Shown: piece after piece, positions 24,574 to 34,514 of the stretch
Numbering within the stretch: the stretch's first letter is position 1
Layout of the letters: each line of letters begins with the position of its first letter
Assembly (NCBI GenBank): GCA_963803435.1
Contig: CAWDML010000001.1
Span: 2,592,001-2,656,000 of the forward strand
Reading direction: 5' to 3'
Length of the DNA: 64,000 nt
Source of the DNA: an uncultured delta proteobacterium
GTDB lineage: Bacteria; Myxococcota; Kuafuiibacteriia; Kuafuiibacteriales; Kuafuiibacteriaceae
The notes under the pieces: model-generated
Database searches by the model: none
What the model was told of the DNA's origin: nothing
Seen by the model: the letters and a program-made list of their open reading frames with translations, nothing else
Made by a program: the position numbers and the translations under genes

Positions 24574-24824
24574 GCGCCGGAGAAGCGCAAGGCATGGACC
24601 GCGGACGAGAGCGGCCTCCGCGGCTCTCGACGCCCACGATCCGGTCGGAGCCCGAACGGCGTTCGCACGGGAAACGGCGCACCGAAATTCGTTCCGGGCG
24701 GTGCGATCAGAATCTCGGATCAGCCGATGAAGAGCCGCTCGAACACCCACGCGGACGACGCGCGCCGAGCGAAGTACCGCCTCGGCGGAGTGTGCGCGCC
24801 ACCAGTGTTTGTTTCGTTGCCGCT

Positions 24825-25214
24825 CTACGACGGAGGCAGCTCGAAGTCCTCCACCGTCGTCCCGTTCACCTCGACAACCCGGTTCAGCATCCACGATCGC
24901 GCGTTCGGCCCCGATTTCGCCTCGATGTGCTGCAGCGCCGCCTGAAGCTCCGCCCACGACGTCTCGCGCGCGCTCGCGGTGAGGATCACCAAACCAGGAT
25001 GCAACTCGACATCTCCGACCAACTTCCGGAAGTCCTCCGCGTTCTGCGTGACCAGGATCCGGTCCTCCGCGATGCAGTACTCCAGAATGGGAGTGTCCTC
25101 CTTGCCCAGCCGACCTCTGTCGCGAACAGAGGTGGCATCGTATCCGCGCTCGGCGAGCCGCCGGGCGAGCGCCGGAGAGAGGCACTCGTCGATCAGGAAT
25201 TTCGGAGAATTCAT
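24825..25214 (-). CDS. DUF5615/PIN-like toxin (VapC45-like)
   Basis: KFLIDECLS…DTPILEYCIAEDRILVTQNAEDF…HPGLVIL. Confidence 0.85.
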   Translation of the reverse strand: MNSPKFLIDECLSPALARRLAERGYDATSVRDRGRLGKEDTPILEYCIAEDRILVTQNAEDFRKLVGDVELHPGLVILTASARETSWAELQAALQHIEAKSGPNARSWMLNRVVEVNGTTVEDFELPPS

Positions 25215-25843
25215 CGAAATTGCTTCGGGCGTCCGCGTCGCGGATGCGTGCGCGCATACGCGAGTGCGGCTTCGAGCGCCTCTCGCTCGACGTGATCCAA
25301 GTCCGCGGAGATCTCATCCATCGTCTCGCCTTCTTCGATGCGCCCGAGGATCGTGTAGACCGGAATGCGAGTCCCGCGAATGGTCGGCAGGCCGCCCATG
25401 ATCTCGGGATCGATCACGACATAGCGATCGAGCGCTTTGCGATAGACGTCCAAGACCCGGCGGCAGCGCCTGATCAGTTCCTTCAGGTCGAGCGAGATCA
25501 TCGGTGCGAGCTCCACGCGCTCGGCCCCCGCCGCGATGACACCGTAGATCTTCGTCTTGGCGTCCACGCCCAACGCCGCGTCACCGAGGAGCTGCGTGCT
25601 GGCGAGATACGGGACCACGCTCGGATCGATCAATACGCGGTCCTCGTCCTCCGAGAGCACGATCCCCTCTTCGAGCGCCTTCCGCACGACGCGCTCGGTC
25701 ACCGGACCGTCGGCTGGATCGAAGTCGAGCGCGAGCTCGGCCAGGATCCGATCCGGCGGCGCATCTTTTTGCCGAGAAGCCTCGAGACACGCGCTGGCAA
25801 GGTACGCGGCCTCCACGGCGCTGAGTGACTCGGCTCGCGACAT
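25211..25843 (-). CDS. DUF433 antitoxin with long N-terminal extension
   Basis: DPEIMGGLPTIRGTRIPVYTILGRIEEGETMDEISADL…ALEAALAYA; overlaps the toxin start. Confidence 0.85.
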   Translation of the reverse strand: MSRAESLSAVEAAYLASACLEASRQKDAPPDRILAELALDFDPADGPVTERVVRKALEEGIVLSEDEDRVLIDPSVVPYLASTQLLGDAALGVDAKTKIYGVIAAGAERVELAPMISLDLKELIRRCRRVLDVYRKALDRYVVIDPEIMGGLPTIRGTRIPVYTILGRIEEGETMDEISADLDHVEREALEAALAYARTHPRRGRPKQFR

Positions 25844-26131
25844 AATCATTCCCTCATAAGGGAGTATTTTATCCGCGCGCCCGCAAGTCAAGCCTTCGAT
25901 CCGCCCGCCTGCCATCCAAATCATCAAAAGCATCCGGTTTCCCTCGTCCTCAGATATGCGCGTTCAGCTCCAGCCGAATTCGGCGGCGGGACGGCTGACA
26001 GCGCTCTGACCCACGGACCGCGTCACGTCTCAATCCGCGATTGGCCCACCGCTTCCTCGATCACTCGAAGCGACGTGCTGCTCTCACCACTTTGCCTCGA
26101 TCCGATGCGGGCCACGATCCATGGGAGCGCA

Positions 26132-27052
26132 TCACTTCATTCCTCCGGTCGGCGGCAGGAGCTTCTGCTTCGCACCGTTTCGAACTCGTCGTTCAGCGCT
26201 TCCCGATTCGGCATGCTTGGCGAGCTCAGTGGTCAGGAGGTCGATCAGATCGGACCGCTCGCACTCGGAGAGCTCTCCGAGCTTCGCCAGGATCCTGCGA
26301 ACCGCCGCGATCCTCGATCCCGACTTCTCCGCGACTTCTTCCTCGCCCTCTATCTTCTTGAGCACGCGATCCGCTTCGAGCTGGAGCTTGCGCTTGCCCC
26401 ACCCCTCTTCCCGCGCGCGTTCTCCGAGTCGCTTCACCTCGCGATCTGCAAGACGAGTGTGCGCGCCTTCGGTCTCCCGAAACTGATCGGCGTCCCACTT
26501 CCGGAGCTTTCGGTGGAGGCGCAGCAGGATGATCAGGTTCCACATCGGCATTGCGCCTTCGCCGGTCCCGAACGCCTGGAGGAACTCGGGCGCGGAAGCG
26601 AGCTGCTGTAGAAATTCGACCTGGCCCTTGGGAACGCCAAACCGCTGCGCCAGCTGTTCGACGTCGAGCTCCGGCTCGGAACGCCGGACCTCATCGAACG
26701 CCATTGCCTTCTCGGTCGGCGTCAGATCCTCCCCGATGTTGCTGAGCACCTGAACGACACGCCGGTTGCCGATCGCTTCGTCGAGCTCTCCCCCGACGTA
26801 CGCCTGGATCGTCTTGAACCGAACGTTCTCTGGGTGCTGCTTCGCGAGCGCGCAGAGCGAGAGCCAGCGCCGCTGCCCGTCCACGATCACCCAGCGATCC
26901 TCGGCGCGCCGAACGCGGATTGGTTGAAGCTGTCCCATGGCGAAGATGGCGCCCTTAAGTCCCTCCATCGCCTCTCGATCGAAGTGTTGCCTAGGCTGCT
27001 CCGGATCAGGTGTCACCTCGTCCAGAGCCAGCGACAAGATTTGGTTCGTCAT
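26132..27052 (-). CDS. ParB/Spo0J-like protein
   Basis: PDPEQPRQHFD…GQLQPIRVR…IVDGQRRW…N..EDLTPTEKA followed by an HTH. Confidence 0.85.
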   Translation of the reverse strand: MTNQILSLALDEVTPDPEQPRQHFDREAMEGLKGAIFAMGQLQPIRVRRAEDRWVIVDGQRRWLSLCALAKQHPENVRFKTIQAYVGGELDEAIGNRRVVQVLSNIGEDLTPTEKAMAFDEVRRSEPELDVEQLAQRFGVPKGQVEFLQQLASAPEFLQAFGTGEGAMPMWNLIILLRLHRKLRKWDADQFRETEGAHTRLADREVKRLGERAREEGWGKRKLQLEADRVLKKIEGEEEVAEKSGSRIAAVRRILAKLGELSECERSDLIDLLTTELAKHAESGSAERRVRNGAKQKLLPPTGGMK

Positions 27053-27376
27053 GCACGCGTACCAACGCAACCGCGGGACCAGATCGAACGCTGCATTTCC
27101 GATGAAACAGCCACCGGCGCTCGCACACCACAGCACCACCGAACGCTCGCTGGTCGAGAGTTCCGTGCTCGACGAGTCGCGAGCGTGCGACGGCTCGCGA
27201 CCCCCGGGTCGCTCATTGCGCTTCGCAGCCCAAACGGAGCGCCTTCCGCCAGTAGACTGACCACGCCGAGCACTCCACTCCCTTGCGCGGCTTCACCAGC
27301 GCGTCCGTTCGCCGAGATGACCCTAGAGATCCGATCGACGAGCTGAAGCGCAGGTCGACGATCCCGATCGCGCCGC

Positions 27377-30258
27377 TCACGAGCCCGATCGGATCCGAAG
27401 CTCGCGCGCTCGATCCGCGCTACCAACTCTCTTGCGCGTCGCGCGTGAGCCATGCTTTCGTGAGATCGATCGATGAAGTGCGCCCCGAGTGAGCAGCGCC
27501 TTCGGCGGCTGGGGTGATTCGAGGAGAGCACCGGCTACGTCCACCAGAGCATTCGTCTGCTCCCACCGATCGTCCATCGGGGACAGCCTCAACGCCGCTG
27601 CCGCTCGCTCGCTCGCGCCTCGAAGATCACGGCTCGCAGTAGCGAGCTCCTCCAGCGTCGTCTCCACTTCGCGCTGCCAGCCTGGCGTCCAATCCGTCGC
27701 CCGCACGGCCAACCAGGTATGACGGTGGAGTCCGCCCGCTTGGCGGCACGCAGCCTCCAGCGCCCGCACGGCGTCACGCATGCTCGCATGCGTCCTTCGA
27801 TCGATTGCATCCGGCTCGCCGAAGTCGAGCGCAACGAAGGGCGCGCTTCTCATACCGATCAGACGAGAGACCTCTGCATGGACCGTATCCCCGAAACTCG
27901 TCGGCCCTCCCAGCAGATCAGCGAACGCGTTCAACTCGCTTCTCACCGTCTCGAGCTCCCGCGCATCCAGCTCCCACCGCTCCGGAGCCTTCTCTCCGGC
28001 TAGGTGGAACGGGGCCTCGAGCTGTTTCATCACCGCGGCCTTGTTCGCTTGATTCGAGTGGAGCTCCAGGCAGAAGGGCGCCAAACCCACCCTTGCCAGA
28101 CGCTCGTGCACCACGTTGAGCGCAGCCATCTTCTCGGAGACGAACAGAACCGACTTCCCTCGTGCGAGGAGCTGCGTGACCAAGTTGGTAATGGTCTGGC
28201 TCTTTCCGGTGCCTGGTGGGCCCTGGAGAACGAAGGAACTCCCGTCCTCCGCTGCGAGGATCGCCTGGAGCTGACTGGGGTCGGCATCGACGACCGAGAA
28301 TAGTTCTGTCGCGGATCTTGCTGCGTCGAGATCCTCGGACTTCACGATCGGAGCTGCAAGCGGATACGCCGCTCCCTTGCCGTCGAAGACGTGTTTGACC
28401 ACCGGGTTCGCAAGGAGATGCTGCAAGTTGGCTTGCAGATCCTGCCACATCAGAAACTTCGCAAAGGAGAACTCGGCGAGGTACGCAGTCTCCCGTACGT
28501 CCCACCGCTTCTTGTCCTTGATCAGTCGCGTGAAGCGATCGAAAGCCCAACGCACGTCGAGCCCGCTCTCATCTTCCGGGATCTGCTCCAGCTCCGCGGT
28601 ATCGAGCCCGAACTCGGTGCTCAGCTTCTTCAGGAGCGTGACGTTCACGCGCGTTTCGTCCTCGGCGTGCTTGATGCGATAGGTCTGACCTCGATCGGAT
28701 CGTACGAGATCGATAGGCACCAGCATCAGCGGTGCGTGCCGAGGCGCCGCGCTCGACGGCGCTTCGTACCACTCGACCATGCCGACGGCGAGATACAGCG
28801 TGACCGCACCGGTCTCTTCGCGGCTCGTTCGGGATCGCCGATAAAGCTCGAGCATCCGGCGGTCCAAGTCTTCCTCTTCGTGCTCCGTGCGGAGGAGCCC
28901 GCTCGCTTGATCCTCCCGTACCGCGGCACGAATCGGATCCTCTCCTGTCCGTGACTCGTGAAGCGCGGCATCACGCGGATCGAAGCCACTCATGATGGGC
29001 GCACGCGGCATCACGCGCAGCTCTCGACCAGCGGCGAGCACGTCCTCCAGCTTCGGAAGATCCAGGGGACCGAATCGAATGCTCTGCTTGTTCTCCTTGA
29101 AGTTGATCAAGCGGTTCCTGAGCGACAGGTCGAGGAGACGCTCCCGCCATCGATCCAAGCGGGTGTGCGACCGGCTGGCTTGTCCGGGCCTGTCGGATGG
29201 GCGGGGAACGACGACGTCGTCGAGCGACACCGCGGCAGGCCTCGCTGCACCTTCGGACACTGGCCGCGCCAGTCTTTCGGGCGCGAGCTGAAGAGGACGT
29301 ATGCGACTGCGCCTCGCTCGCGCCACGTCCACCGCGAATCGGAAGCGATCGGTCTGTTCGAGGGCGCGATCGGCGATCTCCCTCGCCCTCGAGAACGAAA
29401 CGCCCTGCGCGACCGCCGAGGAGTCGAACACCAGCGCTTCACCGAGACGAACGCGTTTGCTGATGCGCCCGGGATCATCGATCGCCGGCTCGGGAAGAAG
29501 GAACTCCGTCAGCCATACGCCTGGAAAGGCGTGGCCATCGACCACGATCAAAAGCGGATGCAAGCCGACTTGCTCGAGAAGAGCGCCGAAGAGCACCGTC
29601 AGATCCAGGCACGTCGCGAGCTTTCCGTGCACGACCTGCTGTCCCGTTCTGATTTCTGCCCACTGCTCTCGAAGCTCGCCGGTGGATTCGCGTAGGTAAT
29701 GCCGGCGGACTGGACTGCGTGATAGAGCGCCGCAGCGATCGTTGCCGCTCGCTGTGGGTCGCGGCTCTGGTAGCCATCGAGTGCCGAGCTGCCTGTGCTC
29801 TGCTCCAACGCGCGCGCGGCTCGTTGAAGAAGTGGAACCAGCGCCTCGTCGTTCGGCATCACGAACGCAGCGAGGAGTTCCGGCAACGCACCCCCGCCCG
29901 GCCACTCGTTTGGAGCGAGGAGCTCGACGGGAAAGTGCCGCCGCACGAGCTCCGAGCCCCCACTCGCGAGCGCCACCCAGAGGTTCCCGACTTGGCGCTC
30001 GGTGCGCGACAACAACGCGCTCGGTGAGATGGCGAGATCGATCGTGGAGAAGCCATGCGTGTCTCCCGATTCGATCGACTCGATCCGCGCCGACCAAGGC
30101 TCCTCGAACTGCGGATCCACGGTGATGCCCACCGTAAGGTCACGTAGGGGAGCATCCGTCGCGTTGGCCACTGCGAGCCGACGAATGACGGGCACCGCGT
30201 TCTGTTGCGCGGCCAAGTTGATCCGCGTGTCGATGTCCGCTTCGATCCGCACTTCCAT
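27377..30258 (-). pseudogene. Hhe-like DUF4011/SF1 helicase, frameshifted and C-terminally truncated
   Basis: INLAAQQNAVPVI; TCLDLTVLF…GHAFPGVW; WRERLLDLSLRNRLINF (DUF4011); FSFAKFLMWQDL; QGPPGTGKSQTITN; VLFVSEKMAAL. The second helicase lobe and nuclease are absent. Confidence 0.85.
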
Positions 30259-30435
30259 GTCGATGACATCGGAGTGAAGGACCCCGGAGTGCCGATCAAG
30301 ACTGAACATCCGGCGCGTCACGAAGATCGTCTCGGGTTGTCTGCGGCCGTGTGCCGACTACTGTGACGATGTCACCCTGATCTTCAGGACAACTTGAAGG
30401 CAAGTCATTGAAGGGTGACTGTCGCCGAGAACGAG

Positions 30436-33381
30436 ATGAGCGCACCCCATCCCATCCAACGCCGAATGCTGGCCGAGGATCTGGTACGACTACGGCGCGC
30501 CAGCGAGGAGCGCCGCTACGCAACGTCTCAACGCCGCGGTCGAATAGACCCCAATCCACATCAGATCGATGCGGTGGTCTTCGCGCTGCAGCGCATCCGC
30601 GAGGGCGGCTGCATCCTCGCCGACGAGGTCGGGCTCGGCAAGACGATCGAGGCCGGCCTGGTGATCGCGCAGCTGCTCGCCGAGGGTGCCGCGACGCATC
30701 CTGCTCATCACGCCCAAGCCGCTGCTCGGGCAGTGGAAGCACGAGCTGTACACGCTGTTCGGCATCGAAGCCGCGAGGCAGGTGCGAGCTCGGCGCCTTT
30801 CGGGCACCTGGCGTCTACCTCGTCGGCGCGAGGGCGGGCAGCGAGCGCGGCAGCCGCGATCCTGCTCGATGCCGAGCCGTTCGATCTGTGCGTCATCGAC
30901 GAGGCGCACGAGATGTTCGCGGGCATCTACAGGCGCTTCGATCGCGAGGGCATCAAGGACGGAGTCGCGCAGGCGCGCATGGCCGCTCGCGTGCGCAAGG
31001 CTATTCTGCGCCGGCACGGCCGGTCATGTTGCTGACCGCGACGCCGATCCAGAACTCGCTCGCCGAGCTGTGGGGCCTCGTCCATTACGTCGAGCCGACC
31101 GGCGCGTTGTTCGGCGACCTCCGCACGTTCCGCAGGGTCTTCTGCGACGGCGACGATCGAAGCTGCTTCCGGAGCAGGACGACGAGCTGCGACGCAGGCT
31201 CGGCGCGGTCTGCAGCGAACGCTGCGACGTCAGGCGCAGGAGTTCCTGGGCGGCCTTTCGTCGGTCGTCAGGCCAGAGCTTTCGACGTACCGGATGAGCC
31301 CGGAGGAGCGCTCGCTCTACGAGGACGTCACCGCATATCTGCTCGAGCCGAGCCTGCTGCGCCTTCCGCGGCAATCAGCGGCGGCTTCTCCTGATCGGCT
31401 TCCATCGCCGCATGGCGCTCGTCCACCGCGCACTCGCGGCCAGCCTGCGCAAGGTCGCCGAGCGACTCGAGCGCATGCTGCGCGGTAAGTTCGACGAGCG
31501 CGACGTCGAGAAGATCGTCGACGATCTCGACGATGAGGATCTCGGCGACGTCACCGACGAAGTCATCACCTCGGACATTCCGCCCCTCTCGCCGGAACGC
31601 ATCCGAGCCGAGCTGGACCGGGTGCGAAGCTTCATCGCTCGGGCCGAGGCAATTCAGCACGACAGCAAAGCTGCCAAGCTGATCGATGTCGTCGACATCA
31701 TCCGTAAACGCGAGGGTACGTCCCGCAAGGTCGTCATCTTCACCGAGTCGCTGACGACACAGGATCACCTCCGCGAGCTGCTCGTGCGCCATGGGATCCC
31801 AGACGAAGAGATCACACTATTTCGCGGGAACAACGACTCGGCGAGGGCGCTGCAGGCGCTGGAGCGCTGGGCGGTCGAAGAGGAATCGAAAAAACCACCG
31901 CACGCCAGACCCAAGAACAAGAAGGTGCGGCTGCGGCTCGCGCTCGTTCACGAGTTCAAGACGAGGTCGTCGATCTTCATCAGCACCGAGGCGGGAGCCA
32001 AAGGCCTGAACCTTCAGTTCTGCGAATCGCTGATCAACTACGATCTTCCCTGGAATCCGCAGCGCGTGGAGCAGCGCATCGGACGATGCCATCGATATGG
32101 TCAGAAGAACGCCGTCACGGTGATCAACTTTCTCGCGGAGGACAACGAGACGGAGCTCCTCCTTTTCGAAATCCTCGCGTTGAAGCTCGACCTCTTCGGA
32201 AAGGTGCTCGACGCATCCGATGTCGTCATTCATTCACCGAGCACCGATGCGCCAGAAACTCGACCTCCACCTTGGGAACGGAGGTGGAGCGGGAGTTGAG
32301 CAGAATCTATCAGCGCGCTCGGACCGTGCAGGAAGTTCAGGAGGAGCTGAAGACGCTCCGGGCGCAGGTCGAAGAGCGAAGGAAGCGTTTCGAAGAAACG
32401 CAAGCCAAGACTGAGAATCTCATCACCAGCCGCTTCGATGAAAACGTCCGACAGGTGTTCAAAGGCATTCAGGCGAAGCTTCCGCTCACGCTCGTTGAGC
32501 TCGATCGCGACGTCGATAAATTGGTTGCCGGCTATCTCGACGCCTGCGGTGCTCAGTATCAACGGTCACGGCAGAAGAATCGTACGATCTTCGAGATCGC
32601 TCCGAATGGTGTGCTCCCCGCTGGGCTCTCGGAAGGCGGTCGCTACCTCGTAGGTGAGGCGCGCGATGCCGGCGACATCGAGTCGCTACACATCGGGCAC
32701 CCGCTCGTGCACGCCGCCGTCGACGAGGCGCGCAACGCCACCGAGAAGAGGTTCCAGGTCCGGTTCGCTCTCGATCGCAAGACCGACGTTTCGCTCGTTC
32801 GGCACTTGGGCAAACGCGGCCGGATGGTCGTCACCAAGGTCCGGTACGACGGTTTCGAGCCAGTGGATCGCCTGCTCGTCACGGCGCTGATCGAAGGCGA
32901 TTCGACGCCTCTTCCCCAGCAGGACGCGGAGCTTTTGCTCGATAAAACGATCACCGACGCCGAAGTGACCTCGCGCGTCGATCCGCAGGCGATCGACGAC
33001 GCCATCGAGGAGCAGCTCTTCTTCGATCAAGCCGTGGTCGCAGAGGAAGAGCAGCAACGCTTCGAGCGGGCAATTGAGCAAATCGAGCGCTATGCCGACG
33101 ACCGAGTCCTCGTGCTGAAACGCGAGCACGAGTCGGCGATGAACCGCTTCCGCGCTGCCGAAGCCCGGCGCGATTCGGCGCTCGGACCAGATCAGCGCGA
33201 CAAAGCCGAAGCTGACCTGGCGCGCATCAGCGAGGAGCTCGAAAGCCTGGAGGCACGCATCGAGCAGTTCCGGAATCGAGACGACGACGATTATCGCAAA
33301 TCCCACGAGCGGGCGAACCAACGTCGCTTCTCCCAACCCAGAGTCGGACGCCTGCTCGACGTGGAGTTCGAGATCGCATGA
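30436..33381 (+). CDS. SNF2-family helicase, several frameshifts
   Basis: PHQIDAV, ILADEVGLGKTIEAG, VIDEAHE, LLTATPIQNSLAELWGL, STEAGAKGLNLQFC, NYDLPWNPQRVEQRIGRCHRYGQ; coiled-coil C-terminus. Confidence 0.9.
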
Positions 33382-34514
33382 GCCATCAGGAGGAAGACGT
33401 CGTGCTCAAAGTGCTTCACACCGCCGACTGGCACCTTGGCAAGCGCTTCAACAGCTTCGATGCGGAAGACGGGCACAAGTTGGCGCGGGCCAGGCTCGAC
33501 GCCGTCGCGAGGCTCCTGTTGCTCGCCGATCAGCATGTCGTGGACGCGATGCTCTGCGCGGGCGATCTCTTCGATCAGCCCGACCCGCCGGCCGACGTGG
33601 TGGACCCGCTGATCGAACTCTTTCGCAAGAAGGAGCGCTCATTCCCAGTGTTCCTTCTTCCGGGCAATCACGATCCGCTCACTACCACGTCGATCTATCG
33701 CGCAGACGGACCGCTGAAGGCACGCCTTCCCAGCTACGTTCGAATCGTCGATCGCGACGACTTCATGCATCCGCTCGGGAAGGAAGGTGTTCTCTACGCC
33801 GTGCCTTGCCGAAGTCAGTCCGGCCAGTCAGATCCGACGGAGAAGATCCCACAGCGCGAACCGGGGGACGAGCGCATCCGGATCGGCATGGTTCACGGGC
33901 AGACGTTCCACTTCAAAGGGTATCAGACCACTTTTCCCATCGCGATCGATGCCGCCAAGCGGCGCGGACTGGACTACCTGGCGCTCGGCGACACTCACGC
34001 TCATCGGAACGTCGCCGAGAACGGGCCACCGATGATCTACCCGAGCTCGCCGGAGCCGGGCACGTTCGGAGAGACGGAAGCCGGGTTCGCGGCCCTGGTG
34101 CTGTTCCACCGTCGTCCTCGCGCGCCGAGCGTCCTGAAAGAGCGAGTCGCGCAGTGGCGCTGGCGCCAAGAGACCTGCAAGAGCGTCGACGCCGTCCGTG
34201 ATCTGATGCGGGAGCCGAACCTCCAGAAGACGGTGCTCCGCCTGACCCTCGATCTGAAGGGAACCGTACGGGAGCTCGACGAACTGGAGACCATACTCCG
34301 CGAAATGAAGGGCACGAACGTCAGCCACGGCCGCGTCGCCGTTCTGCAGCTCCAGCGAGATCGGACCGAGGTGGATCTCGCGAACGTCGAAGATGCGGTG
34401 GCGGGGATGCCGGAGGTTCTGAGGACCGTGGTCGATCGTTTGAGGCAGCAGGAAGGCGAACTCTCGGCGCGCGCGATCCGACATCTCTACAAAGTCATGA
34501 AGGAGCTCCGCTGA
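33378..34514 (+). CDS. SbcD/Mre11-like metallophosphoesterase nuclease
   Basis: LHTADWHLG, AGDLFD, PGNHD, HG, ALGDTH; ATGA overlap with the SNF2 gene. Confidence 0.93.
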   Translation: MSHQEEDVVLKVLHTADWHLGKRFNSFDAEDGHKLARARLDAVARLLLLADQHVVDAMLCAGDLFDQPDPPADVVDPLIELFRKKERSFPVFLLPGNHDPLTTTSIYRADGPLKARLPSYVRIVDRDDFMHPLGKEGVLYAVPCRSQSGQSDPTEKIPQREPGDERIRIGMVHGQTFHFKGYQTTFPIAIDAAKRRGLDYLALGDTHAHRNVAENGPPMIYPSSPEPGTFGETEAGFAALVLFHRRPRAPSVLKERVAQWRWRQETCKSVDAVRDLMREPNLQKTVLRLTLDLKGTVRELDELETILREMKGTNVSHGRVAVLQLQRDRTEVDLANVEDAVAGMPEVLRTVVDRLRQQEGELSARAIRHLYKVMKELR

